IMG/VR virus record: IMGVR_UViG_3300035499_000517
Span: 32,001-96,000 of that record
Direction: 5' to 3' (one strand)
DNA length: 64,000 nucleotides
From: a virus
Taxonomy: Duplodnaviria; Caudoviricetes
In this document: in pieces, positions 8,536 to 18,272 of the stretch
Layout of the letters: every line of letters begins with the position of its first letter
Numbering within the stretch: position 1 is the first letter of the stretch
Notes under the pieces: generated by a model
Told to the model about the DNA's origin: nothing
Databases searched by the model: none
The model's input: only the letters and a program-made list of their open reading frames with translations
Program-made: the position numbers and the translations under genes

Positions 8536-10521
8536 ATGACCGTAGATACTTATTCTGTCTTGAATGGTACTGATCAGAAAAGATTCGATAATGCCAGAGC
8601 GGAACTTGCAAAAGATTATACGCAGTCGGCGGCTAGAGAATTTTACTATGAGTATCAGAATAGACCATTATCATTTCTTCTGAGAAATTCCAGAAATATT
8701 TTCTCAGAGACTTACTACGGACTTGACTTTTACCGCGATCTGATTTCACATCAGATTTTAAATCCAATGGCTTATGCAAGTGAATTGGATAAGGTAAAAG
8801 CTTTCATAAATGAAGCGAAAGCAAAGCGACTTCCGACCGAGCAGGTCATGAAATACATTGAACTTGCCAAACTGCTTGAAGATAAATGTGGTTGCCACAA
8901 AAACCTTGCACACGTTTTCAAGCGGGCACATACATTTCCGGGTGCACCGGAATATTTTACCCAGTTTTTCGATTTGTTAAATGACAAGTCGAATGACTAC
9001 TCTAATCATTTGGCAAGCGATATCTTCGATAATTCGAAGGATCCTTCAATCAGCATTCCTGCTGGTTACTGCCTCTGTGTAAAACACCCACATTACTGCG
9101 GTCATCTGATGAAGTTAAGTTCTCATGGTCATAACTTAACAGATCCGGAAGATATTCGTAGAAAAGAACGCACACGTATGTGTATTCGTGAGATGATGCA
9201 GGATGAAGATGTTCGTAAGAATACTGCTTCATTCCCGAATATTAATCTCTATCCAAAGTGGGCAGTCTATGCAGAATCGGTAGATAAATTACCTGAGCAG
9301 AAGCCGGTTACAGAAGCTGCTGAAAGAAACATCATGTTGGCTGCAAATCCTATTGAAGCCATCTATGAAGCAGTTGAAGACCGTGAACTCATCGAAAAGG
9401 CACAGCTTAGAAAGTATTCAAACCTTGATGAGCTGCATTCTTACTTAGCGGTTTATGTTGAATCGTTACAGGAAGAAGTTATGATGGGTGAGCGTTCAAA
9501 GGGTGATCCTACTCTTGCTTATTATGAAGATGCTTTTGAGCAGGCGGAAGTTGGAATGGCTTGTATGGAGTGGGAATCTGACGGTTCTCCAAATGCTGTC
9601 ATTCAAAAGCAAATCATGACTTCAAAAGAACGTGCTGCACAAACAGCAAAGAAGGAAGCAGAGAAGAATCAGATCCGTTCTGAGGAAGATTCTCTTTCCA
9701 TTATTAAAGAGACTGAGAAAGACTTACTCCAGTTAGAGAAGGATGATTTGGATGAAGAAGAGCAGACTAAGAGGGCAAAAGCTCTGAGGGATGAACTTAG
9801 CGCAAAGCTTCATAAAGAGATTCTTTCCTATCCGGAAGTCAAAGCGGCTATGGTGAAAATCGATAATCTCGTTACTGAAATCTCTTCCTATACAGAGGAC
9901 GGTGATGAGAAAGACGAAAAAGATGATGATCCTACACAGAATGTAGACGATGAGAATGCACCAAGTGATAAGGATCCAAATCAGAAGAAGCCAAAGAAGC
10001 CGAAAGAGGATCTTCCAACGAAGGTTCAGAATAAAGCATTGGATGCTGATGCAAAAATGACAGCAAAGGAAGCAGAAATCGACGAGAAAGCTCAGAAGCT
10101 TAAAAATGCCGGTAATGCAATTTCACAGCACCCAAAAAAGATCGCCGCTGACGTAGATCAGACCATTCAAAACTTTGATAAATGGGACGACAATCGACGG
10201 AAGAATTTCTTATTAAAACCTGGCTATCGCCATAGAATTTTTAAGAAGTTCTTAAACGTGCTTGAGTACGGTGCAGCGGCTTCCATAGGAATCACTTCGG
10301 TTCCGATGCTTTGGTGCATTAAACACTTAAGCAAACAGAAAGACAAACGTATTCGAAACGAACTTGCTCTGGAACTTGATAATGAGATCAAAATCTGTGA
10401 AGAAAAGATTTCTGATGCACAATCCGATGGTGACAGAGAAAAGAAGTACCAGCTCATGCGTATCAAAGATAAGCTGGAAGCTGAACGTACGAGAGTTCGT
10501 ACCAATTCGAAGTATGTATAA
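8536..10521 (+). CDS. Putative virion (head) protein with maturation-type motifs
   Basis: Late motif upstream; VTEAA, YVES, YYED, YTEDGD sites; lies upstream of the capsid gene. Confidence 0.55.
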   Translation: MTVDTYSVLNGTDQKRFDNARAELAKDYTQSAAREFYYEYQNRPLSFLLRNSRNIFSETYYGLDFYRDLISHQILNPMAYASELDKVKAFINEAKAKRLPTEQVMKYIELAKLLEDKCGCHKNLAHVFKRAHTFPGAPEYFTQFFDLLNDKSNDYSNHLASDIFDNSKDPSISIPAGYCLCVKHPHYCGHLMKLSSHGHNLTDPEDIRRKERTRMCIREMMQDEDVRKNTASFPNINLYPKWAVYAESVDKLPEQKPVTEAAERNIMLAANPIEAIYEAVEDRELIEKAQLRKYSNLDELHSYLAVYVESLQEEVMMGERSKGDPTLAYYEDAFEQAEVGMACMEWESDGSPNAVIQKQIMTSKERAAQTAKKEAEKNQIRSEEDSLSIIKETEKDLLQLEKDDLDEEEQTKRAKALRDELSAKLHKEILSYPEVKAAMVKIDNLVTEISSYTEDGDEKDEKDDDPTQNVDDENAPSDKDPNQKKPKKPKEDLPTKVQNKALDADAKMTAKEAEIDEKAQKLKNAGNAISQHPKKIAADVDQTIQNFDKWDDNRRKNFLLKPGYRHRIFKKFLNVLEYGAAASIGITSVPMLWCIKHLSKQKDKRIRNELALELDNEIKICEEKISDAQSDGDREKKYQLMRIKDKLEAERTRVRTNSKYV

Positions 10522-10539
10522 AGTGAGGTGTGAGCTCGA

Positions 10540-11568
10540 ATGATAAAAATCATTGACAAGCGGGAAGCAGAGTTGACAGATTACGAAAAGCAATACTTTC
10601 CGTATTCCGAGGCTCCCGATACTCCACGAAAGAATGTAAAGACAATTAAACTTAAAGTCTCTGACAAGAGACATTATGATTTCCGTAAAGGAGCTGCTGG
10701 TGATGATGAACCAGCAGCTGATCCTACGGATGATGCTCCAGATGATGTTGATGTAACAGACATCGATGATCCTGATGCTGGACCGGAAGATATTCCGGAT
10801 GATACAGGTGATGATACTGGAGCAGATGATACAACTGATATCGATGACCCGGATGCTGGTCCAGAGGATATACCTGATGATACAGGGGATGACACTGGAA
10901 CCGATGACACGGGTGACATTGATGATCCAGATGCAGGCCCGGAAGATATGCCAGATGATGGTGGAGATGAGACCGGTGACGATACAGGAGATGATTCTGA
11001 TATCGTTACAGATGACAATGAGGACATCTCAGAAGACAACACGGGTGATGATACTGGAGACGACGGTGGAGATGATACAGCTGATGACGGCGACGTTGTT
11101 ACTGATGATAATGAAGATATCTCTGCTGATGATACTGGCGATGACACCGGAGATGGTCAGGACCAAAATGGTGACGACCAAGGTGACGATACGGGAGATG
11201 ATGGAGAAGATGGTCAGGATGACAATAGTTCTGATGATAAAATCCATAAGCAGAACCTCTATAAGAAGTTCATGAATCTCCATACAGCAGTTGATGGATA
11301 TACACATAAGTTATCCTCAATGATAGGTGTTGATAATGAAACGAATGAGATGTATACCTCTATTTGTAAACGCCTTCAAGAGCTTCAGGACATGTTATAT
11401 GATTACATGGTCCTTAAGTTTAAAAAGAATGACTATTTACAATCTATGCTGTTTTATCAGCGTTCTATTGCAACGGTTAATATGTGCTTGGATGCTTTGG
11501 CTTCTTTAACAGAAGCAATCCACAAAGATGACAAGTCCTATAAAAAGCCAGCAGATAGTAAGAAATGA
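10540..11568 (+). CDS. Asp-rich repeat protein, possible prohead scaffold/core protein
   Basis: About 180 aa of DDTGDD-type repeats plus a helical C-terminus; directly upstream of the capsid gene. Confidence 0.55.
   Translation: MIKIIDKREAELTDYEKQYFPYSEAPDTPRKNVKTIKLKVSDKRHYDFRKGAAGDDEPAADPTDDAPDDVDVTDIDDPDAGPEDIPDDTGDDTGADDTTDIDDPDAGPEDIPDDTGDDTGTDDTGDIDDPDAGPEDMPDDGGDETGDDTGDDSDIVTDDNEDISEDNTGDDTGDDGGDDTADDGDVVTDDNEDISADDTGDDTGDGQDQNGDDQGDDTGDDGEDGQDDNSSDDKIHKQNLYKKFMNLHTAVDGYTHKLSSMIGVDNETNEMYTSICKRLQELQDMLYDYMVLKFKKNDYLQSMLFYQRSIATVNMCLDALASLTEAIHKDDKSYKKPADSKK
10759..11220 (+). repeat. Imperfect coding tandem repeats (DIDDPDAGPEDIPDDTGDDTG x3, then DDTGDD variants)
   Basis: About 78-bp units visible in both DNA and protein. 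Confidence 0.8.
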
Positions 11569-11580
11569 AACAATTCATTA
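11569..11580 (+). promoter_or_regulatory. Late-type promoter motif AACA-N6-TA (second copy at 11633-11644)
   Basis: aacaattcatta and aacagataaata upstream of the capsid gene. Confidence 0.65.
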
Positions 11581-11671
11581 AAAGTTAACGCATTGGGTTG
11601 AAATCTTTCGAGATGTACGATCTCATGCATTAAACAGATAAATAAAAATCTAATAAAGGAGTGAGAAAAAT

Positions 11672-13474
11672 ATGTCAGCATTACCATATTACATGGAAGA
11701 CGCGGATCCGGATTTCAAGTCCACTGTCACTGTCGGATCTTTTGCCAATGTGAATAAAGCGAATGATTTCGATACAGTATATACAGAAGCTTGCGATAAT
11801 CTGGAGCGCATCCATCAGACAAGAATGAACGGCGGCTTCCTGACCGTAGATACCTTAAGCAACCCGGCAATCGTCGGAGACTTCAAGAAGGATCTTCTGC
11901 AGAGTTTTGAGGAAGCAGCTGATGAGTTAAGTGCTAGATACTCAGCACGTTACAGCTGTGAGAGCGATCCGGACATCGGAAATGCAAGCTCTCTTTACAA
12001 TCAGCTTTCAAACCTGTTTGACAATAAAATCAACGATTTCATGGAGCAGGCCGGCGTAGGTCAGTTGCTTCCGATTAAGGCTATCGACTTCCCGATCATG
12101 GTGAAGAACCAGGTAAAACAGAGCTTCAAGGACGTCGTTAACGAGGAGATTACCCCGAACGTCGTTATCAAGAAGCAGATCGAGCACAAGGTCGTATATG
12201 CTAAGAGAGATCCTTCCAAGGTTTGGGAGTATCCGCAGTGCTTCTTCAACGATGAGTTCAAGGAGCTTGCACTTTACGGTGAGGGAACACCGCTTGATAC
12301 AAAGGCAATGGCGCTTCCGATGTACAACAAACCGATCATCGAGGAGCTTACATCAGCTTCCCTTCCGGATCGTGAGAGAATCACACTGAATCTGCAGATC
12401 GATGCAGTAGATGTTGCATCTGAGACCGAGGACGCAGCAGACATCACAATCAAGTTAAACGTACCGATGTATGTAAACCTTGCTGATGGTGCTTGGATCG
12501 GTGGCAGATTAACAAACGTTAAGTACATGGACGGCGAGACCGAGAAGACTCTTAACGATGTTCTTTCCGGATTCGTTGACTGGACAACAAATACAGTTAC
12601 CCTTACTTCTGCATCTGGCGAAGTTAAGGCTGTTCATTTCTCAGGAAAGCTCAGCAACGAGGGCAACGAGAACACGGTTCGTTTCGCTTACAGACGCGAA
12701 GACCGCGAGTTCAAGGTTGGCGAGGGATTCAAGGCAGATGCTGCTTACAGCTTAGAGCAGCTTCAGGAGCACAAGGCTCTGCTTAACATGGATCTCTATC
12801 AGAAGACCTACACAGATCTTACACAGCTGATCACCGACATGGAGGATTCCAAGGGATTCGATTGGCTGGATGATGAGTTCAAGAAGTATGACGGACTTGA
12901 CCTGGATCCGCTTCAGTGGAATCCGTTGGTTAAGAAGACCAGCTTCGATTGCGATTGCAAGTATGCAACCGTAGCACTTCCGAGCGAGTACATCGCTAAG
13001 GAGCTTAAGTTCAAGATCGACCGCTTCCTCATCGACATCTCTGATGATGTTAAGATGGACAACATGAAGTTCGTTCTTTACGGAAATCCGAGATACATTT
13101 CTCTGATTGATCCGGCAGTAAACTGGGTATTCCGTACAGGCGATCGTGTCGGCGGTGTTAAGCTTGACTACAGCTATGGCGTTATGACATCCGGTGAGAC
13201 AACAATCTACGTTGTTGCTACCAAGAAGTTAAACGCAAAGACTCACAGAAGTCTGCGTCTGATTCCGTTTGCACCGGAAGGCGAGACTATCACCTTCAAG
13301 CGTTACAAGTTCTCTACAGACATCGTAACCAGCAAGGAGTCCGCATACAAAGATACCGAGAGAGTCGGTGGTTCTCAGACATACGTTTGGGGAACTTCCC
13401 GGTACGTCGATGTATCAATCCAGGCTATTCAGGGAGACATCTCGTTCGAGAACGACGATTTCATTACTCTGTAG
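11672..13474 (+). CDS. Major capsid protein precursor (jumbo-phage type)
   Basis: 600 aa; strongly biased codon usage; SLEQLQEHKALLNMDLYQKTYTDLTQLI resembles the T4 gp23 spine helix region; acidic N-terminal propeptide; tandem late motifs and terminator. Confidence 0.7.
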   Translation: MSALPYYMEDADPDFKSTVTVGSFANVNKANDFDTVYTEACDNLERIHQTRMNGGFLTVDTLSNPAIVGDFKKDLLQSFEEAADELSARYSARYSCESDPDIGNASSLYNQLSNLFDNKINDFMEQAGVGQLLPIKAIDFPIMVKNQVKQSFKDVVNEEITPNVVIKKQIEHKVVYAKRDPSKVWEYPQCFFNDEFKELALYGEGTPLDTKAMALPMYNKPIIEELTSASLPDRERITLNLQIDAVDVASETEDAADITIKLNVPMYVNLADGAWIGGRLTNVKYMDGETEKTLNDVLSGFVDWTTNTVTLTSASGEVKAVHFSGKLSNEGNENTVRFAYRREDREFKVGEGFKADAAYSLEQLQEHKALLNMDLYQKTYTDLTQLITDMEDSKGFDWLDDEFKKYDGLDLDPLQWNPLVKKTSFDCDCKYATVALPSEYIAKELKFKIDRFLIDISDDVKMDNMKFVLYGNPRYISLIDPAVNWVFRTGDRVGGVKLDYSYGVMTSGETTIYVVATKKLNAKTHRSLRLIPFAPEGETITFKRYKFSTDIVTSKESAYKDTERVGGSQTYVWGTSRYVDVSIQAIQGDISFENDDFITL

Positions 13475-13504
13475 TAGCAGCCTGAAACTCTTACAAGAGA
13501 AATT

Positions 13505-13540
13505 AAAAGGAGAGACTGATAAATTAGGTCTCTCCTTTTT
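13505..13540 (+). terminator. Intrinsic terminator after the capsid gene
   Basis: aaaaggagagac/gtctctcctttt stem. Confidence 0.75.
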
Positions 13541-13603
13541 AACCCCTCACTTTAGTATCCTATAATCGAAATCACAAAAGGTTAATGAAGGGAGGAATTA
13601 TAA

Positions 13604-15472
13604 ATGCCCAAAATAGATCCAAAAACATCTATGTTGTTGGATGTTCAATATGTGAGAAAAACAAAAGACAATCCAGATTGCTTATATACAATCTATAAGG
13701 ATTTAACAACAGGGGAGAAGCATGTTTGTGCTTTCCCAGAACCGAAGATGCCAATTTACTTCGAGAAAGAAGATAAGATCAATCATAAATATCCAGTCGA
13801 TTTTAGGGAATTGGAAGACTGTGAGATGAAGACTGTAAAGTATAGGGATGTTCCATTTGCTATTGCAGAGCATATGGGAGAAAGTGGAAAGCAGTTTGTA
13901 AGGGATATTTTTGATTCAAAGAATTACAAAGAACTTCGCATGTTAAATACATATCCCTATGTATTTGGACATGATTATGATATTAGAACGTATTATCGTC
14001 ATGCTTGGTCACTTAGAGCATCAGAAGATATCGTTCCACAATTAACGAAATCATTCCTCGATATCGAGTGCGATTCGTTTGATACTGTGGGATTTGCAAA
14101 CCCACAAAACAACCCCATTGATTTGATTACAATCATTGATGGAGAAAAGAAACGCTCTTTTACATTTGCTCTCGTAAATCGTCCTTATGTGGAAAACGAA
14201 GCAAGTAAATATATGACAGACCGTCATGCAAAAGAACAGGCAGAGAAGCATGAAGCATGGCGAAAAGAAATGTATGAAAGTCGTCATAAGCAAGAGCAGG
14301 ACCTCATGAATGACATTGAAGGTCTTAAGAAAGAACTTCATGAGATGTTTGATGAATCTTATGGAGAATTCGATTTCAACTTCTATTTCTATGAAGATGA
14401 AAGGGAGATGCTAATACACCTTTTCCAGTGTATTCATCAGATATCTCCAGATTTCTTATTGATTTGGAATATCTCATTTGATATTCCGTATATCATTGAG
14501 AGAATGAAGAGGTTAGGACTTGATCCAGCAGAAATCATTTGTGATGAAGAGTTCTTATACAAGCATTGCTATTTTAAGAAAGACATGAGAAATTTCGATA
14601 TCAAGAATAAATCAGATTTCTTTAATGTAAGCTCTAAGACTATTTACCTGTGTCAAATGGAGCTTTATGCGGCGATTCGAAAAGGTAAAGATGAATTGCG
14701 AAACTTCTCACTCAATTATATTGCACAAAAAGAATTGGGTGATGAAAAGCTTGATTATTCTCAGGATGGAAATATCAAACAGGTAGGTTATTTGAATTAT
14801 CGAAAGTACTTCATTTACAATATTAAGGACGTTTTGCTTCAGTATGGACTTGAGACAATCAATGAAGATGTTGAGACAATTTATGTCTCTACTTACGATA
14901 ACATCACTGCTTATGAAAACAACTTTAAGCAGACAGTAACACTTCGAAATGTGCAGTATAAGAAGTATCATTCATTGGGATTAATTCCGGGTGCAAATAT
15001 CAATCAGATCAAACTTCAGAAAGATATGGAACTTCATCCCGAGAAGTATTCAAAGAAGAATAAAGATCCTGACTTTGAGGGTGCATTGGTTGGAAATACC
15101 AAGTTAATATCACCGTTCGGAAAGAAACTTTATGGAAAACGAACGAATTACATGTTTGCATACTCAGTAGACTTTGATATGAAAGCGTTCTATCCGTCTA
15201 CGATTTATGAGTTAAATATTGCACCTTCTACATTGATTTGTAAAGCAACTGTACAAGCAGATCAATATGAGCCAAGAGGTGGAAGTATTCCATTCCATGG
15301 TTTTACAGATGTGCAATTGGTAGAAGAAAATAAAGATAGTTTCAAGGGAGATATTTCGGCAGAGATTTTTGATAACTTCCAGACTGGAAACTATCTAAGT
15401 ACAGGACATAAATTCTTAAACTTACCGACAATCACTGAGATTGAACGGGAGCTTAAAGAAAGGATAGCATAA
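13604..15472 (+). CDS. Family-B DNA polymerase, N-terminal subunit (3'-5' exonuclease + motif A) of a split enzyme
   Basis: ExoI FLDIECD, ExoII WNISFDIPYI, ExoIII YNIKDV, motif A SVDFDMKAFYPS; motifs B and C absent. Confidence 0.85.
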   Translation: MPKIDPKTSMLLDVQYVRKTKDNPDCLYTIYKDLTTGEKHVCAFPEPKMPIYFEKEDKINHKYPVDFRELEDCEMKTVKYRDVPFAIAEHMGESGKQFVRDIFDSKNYKELRMLNTYPYVFGHDYDIRTYYRHAWSLRASEDIVPQLTKSFLDIECDSFDTVGFANPQNNPIDLITIIDGEKKRSFTFALVNRPYVENEASKYMTDRHAKEQAEKHEAWRKEMYESRHKQEQDLMNDIEGLKKELHEMFDESYGEFDFNFYFYEDEREMLIHLFQCIHQISPDFLLIWNISFDIPYIIERMKRLGLDPAEIICDEEFLYKHCYFKKDMRNFDIKNKSDFFNVSSKTIYLCQMELYAAIRKGKDELRNFSLNYIAQKELGDEKLDYSQDGNIKQVGYLNYRKYFIYNIKDVLLQYGLETINEDVETIYVSTYDNITAYENNFKQTVTLRNVQYKKYHSLGLIPGANINQIKLQKDMELHPEKYSKKNKDPDFEGALVGNTKLISPFGKKLYGKRTNYMFAYSVDFDMKAFYPSTIYELNIAPSTLICKATVQADQYEPRGGSIPFHGFTDVQLVEENKDSFKGDISAEIFDNFQTGNYLSTGHKFLNLPTITEIERELKERIA

Positions 15473-15473
15473 A

Positions 15474-16124
15474 ATGGCGGAGAAGAAAGAAAAGTCACCA
15501 ATTACTTTATTTGAAGATTTATTGGTGAAACTGACAAATATCTATTCAGACGTATATATCTACAAGAGAAAGTTTTGTATTCCAGCAGTAGATTCCGAAG
15601 ATAATAATCTCGGGACGATTATCTGTACACTGGAAGATAAATTTGTGAAAGCATTAGAAAAGTTGGAAGTTCCTGATATATTCTTTATTGATAACGTAAG
15701 AGCAAGACGTGCATCATTTAAAGATGGAACTTTTGAAATGGATTGGTTACGAAAATCGAATATCACAGCAGATGCAAGCTTAGAAACGATGTTGGTTGAA
15801 TTAATGACTTCTATGTCATCCGAGATTCAGGATGAAAAGAATGTCTGGATGAAAATCAGTGAAAATACCGATTTGATGAACCAGTTATTTACTGAGAAGC
15901 TCATTTATAATTTACCAGTTGAAAAGGATGGAGAAGAAACTTCCTTTATTACAATAGCAAAACAGATGCTTCCAATGTTAACTGAGAAGACTTCTGACCT
16001 TGGGTTTTTATGTGTAAAGCAGGACCCAGGATATTCTGATCTGTACAAGATTCTGTACGATTTTAAGTTTACTCATTTCCGGATTTATGCAATTTATCAC
16101 GCATTACCGATAGAGATGAAATAA
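15474..16124 (+). CDS. Hypothetical protein
   Basis: 216-aa ORF translationally coupled to the polymerase gene. Confidence 0.7.
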   Translation: MAEKKEKSPITLFEDLLVKLTNIYSDVYIYKRKFCIPAVDSEDNNLGTIICTLEDKFVKALEKLEVPDIFFIDNVRARRASFKDGTFEMDWLRKSNITADASLETMLVELMTSMSSEIQDEKNVWMKISENTDLMNQLFTEKLIYNLPVEKDGEETSFITIAKQMLPMLTEKTSDLGFLCVKQDPGYSDLYKILYDFKFTHFRIYAIYHALPIEMK

Positions 16125-16179
16125 TTCAATAAATGGAGAGGTAGTTCATATCTCTCCATTTGTATTTCCTCAAATTTCA

Positions 16180-16193
16180 CTTATATAATATTT
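16180..16193 (+). promoter_or_regulatory. Early-type phage promoter motif
   Basis: atttcacttatataatattt. Confidence 0.7.
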
Positions 16194-16298
16194 TCGTGAT
16201 GTAAGAGAAGAAAGATGAACTCTACATCAAAAAACTAAGGGTCAAAATTTATATGATCCTAAAACAAATTTATCACATTTCAAAGGAGGAAATGAATT

Positions 16299-16565
16299 AT
16301 GACACTCAAAACAGAATTAGCAGATAAGCAGACAGTAGAAAACGTACTTGTTCAATCACTCAACCTTATTACCGGGCTTGAAACTCATATAGTTGACTGG
16401 CCGACATTTAGGGATGCACTGTATCCTCAGTATGAGACAGCATATGAAATTACACAGGATAGAGTATCTTACGGGGATTACTTTAGTAAGTTTAGATTGA
16501 ATGATACTGCTAAGCAGTTCCTTGATCAGTACAATGCTTGTGATAAGCTTTACAACAATCGTTAA
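16299..16565 (+). CDS. Hypothetical early protein
   Basis: AAAGGAGG RBS; early motif upstream. Confidence 0.7.
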   Translation: MTLKTELADKQTVENVLVQSLNLITGLETHIVDWPTFRDALYPQYETAYEITQDRVSYGDYFSKFRLNDTAKQFLDQYNACDKLYNNR

Positions 16566-16608
16566 AAAAATGAATATACCAAAATGGTTAAAAAGGAGGA
16601 AATGAATT

Positions 16609-17100
16609 ATGAGTAACTTTTTCGGAACAATCGCAGCAGCTATTAGTGAGGGTATTGAGGAAGGTAGATTAGAAGCACAGAGAAGAGCGGCAGAGAAAGC
16701 TGAGTATCAGGCTCGTCTTGACAAGGTGACAGCTGAGATGGACGTTATCGTCAATGAGGGTGTTCGTCGCGGATTCATCAAGAGAAAAGCTGTAGCTTAT
16801 CACTTCTGTCCGGAGCTGAAGCGTCAGGAGTCTGAGCTTGTGCAGGAGAAGATTAAGAACTGCTATAAGGAGAGTAGCAATACCACTACTACTTCAACTC
16901 GTTCACAGTTTGATCTTCTGTTAAATCCGGATAGCAAGTACGAAGGTATGAAGTTCGCTACCGGAATTCAGGCAGACAACTTCATGGAGGGCCTTGGTTA
17001 TAAGGTTAAATCCTTTAGCTATCAGGTTCATCTGTATAGCAAGGGAACTGACACAGCTGTTGCTCAGAGAGAGGGCACCAACTATGTGCTTCATTTCTAA
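16609..17100 (+). CDS. Hypothetical early protein, paralog of 54853..55152
   Basis: Shared IVxEG..VAYH(F/Y)CPE(L/M)K..ELVQ motif. Confidence 0.75.
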   Translation: MSNFFGTIAAAISEGIEEGRLEAQRRAAEKAEYQARLDKVTAEMDVIVNEGVRRGFIKRKAVAYHFCPELKRQESELVQEKIKNCYKESSNTTTTSTRSQFDLLLNPDSKYEGMKFATGIQADNFMEGLGYKVKSFSYQVHLYSKGTDTAVAQREGTNYVLHF

Positions 17101-17187
17101 ATCATGAAAGAAAAAGTTGGGTTCGATATTCGAGCCCTTCTTTTTTCTGGTACTAAACACCAATTTATATATTATAGGAGGATTCGT

Positions 17188-18168
17188 ATGATCAGCAAAA
17201 AAGAAAGAGAGGAAGTACTGGATGGTCAGTATTTTAACTGGATGCAGTACGCAACTAACGAAGAGGGATTGACACATGCACAAGCCCAAGTGGAATATTA
17301 CAATCGCCACAGAAAAGGGTTGTATTTGATTTGTGAGTCACCATATGACGGTTCAACAAAACTCTATATCAAAGATGTGACAAACGCTTGGTGGGATAAC
17401 GAGGAGGAGCCGGATTGTAACTGGTTTAAGATCTTTACATTTACAAATGAACCTACAAAGAAGGGTTACAGCATTTGTAAAGTAGATCACTATCGGTTGG
17501 ATTCACATGGGTATATAAACCTGAAAGTAACATCGTTAAAACCGTTGGATAATTACCGGATATATTCACCATTCGTTCCGGCGTTTGAAGGTTCGTTCCG
17601 AAGTATGGCTTGGTGGTATCTCTTTAATCAAACGAATCGGTTTTTCCCGGTTTATCATTTCCCGGCAGAATATAATCGTTCTCCAAATCTTGGAAATATG
17701 GGACGATTAGTATCGGATGTATTTTACGGAGCACCACAGGTTACTATCGCAAATGAGATACTCCGAAGATTCATCGCTGGAGAAATAGAATACGAAGATA
17801 TCGAGCGTGAGATTACAGAGTTGTCTCCATGGGATAAGTTCTTGGAAGAAGTAATCACGGCGGTAGGGACAAAAACAGTAGATCAGAGGTTCGGGCTCTA
17901 TCCGGAATTTGCAAAGAAATTATCGATGCATTTTGATGAAGTTCCGGAGATAAAATTCAGGAGTCAAGTCATTGATTACGTATGTCGTCAGAATGAGTAT
18001 TACTGGAGTCTGGTGGAGGAAAAGGTTGAAGGGTTTTCACTGGATAGTGTTCTGACGATTCCTGAGCGTATCGAGAAAGGTCTTGAATATCGGAAGCATT
18101 TAAAAGAGCTGGAGAAAGAAGACCGAAAGCGGAAACGTAAGGAAAAGAAGGCAGCCGTTACAGAGTAG
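17188..18168 (+). CDS. Hypothetical protein with basic C-terminal tail
   Basis: AGGAGG RBS before ATG 17188. Confidence 0.7.
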   Translation: MISKKEREEVLDGQYFNWMQYATNEEGLTHAQAQVEYYNRHRKGLYLICESPYDGSTKLYIKDVTNAWWDNEEEPDCNWFKIFTFTNEPTKKGYSICKVDHYRLDSHGYINLKVTSLKPLDNYRIYSPFVPAFEGSFRSMAWWYLFNQTNRFFPVYHFPAEYNRSPNLGNMGRLVSDVFYGAPQVTIANEILRRFIAGEIEYEDIEREITELSPWDKFLEEVITAVGTKTVDQRFGLYPEFAKKLSMHFDEVPEIKFRSQVIDYVCRQNEYYWSLVEEKVEGFSLDSVLTIPERIEKGLEYRKHLKELEKEDRKRKRKEKKAAVTE

Positions 18169-18220
18169 TAATAATACGAGGGAATCTCATGGGTTCCCTC
18201 TTTTTTTATTATTTATTTCA

Positions 18221-18234
18221 CTTATATATTATCT
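18221..18234 (+). promoter_or_regulatory. Early-type phage promoter motif
   Basis: atttcacttatatattatct, directly after a terminator hairpin. Confidence 0.72.
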
Positions 18235-18272
18235 TTGTAGGAATAGAAGAAAGGAGATTTAAAAAAAGAGAC

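Noticed and set aside
11672-13474. 600-aa protein as chimallin (nuclear shell protein)
   Set aside because: It has late-type promoters, a propeptide and a capsid-like spine-helix pattern; nothing in the window supports a phage nucleus.
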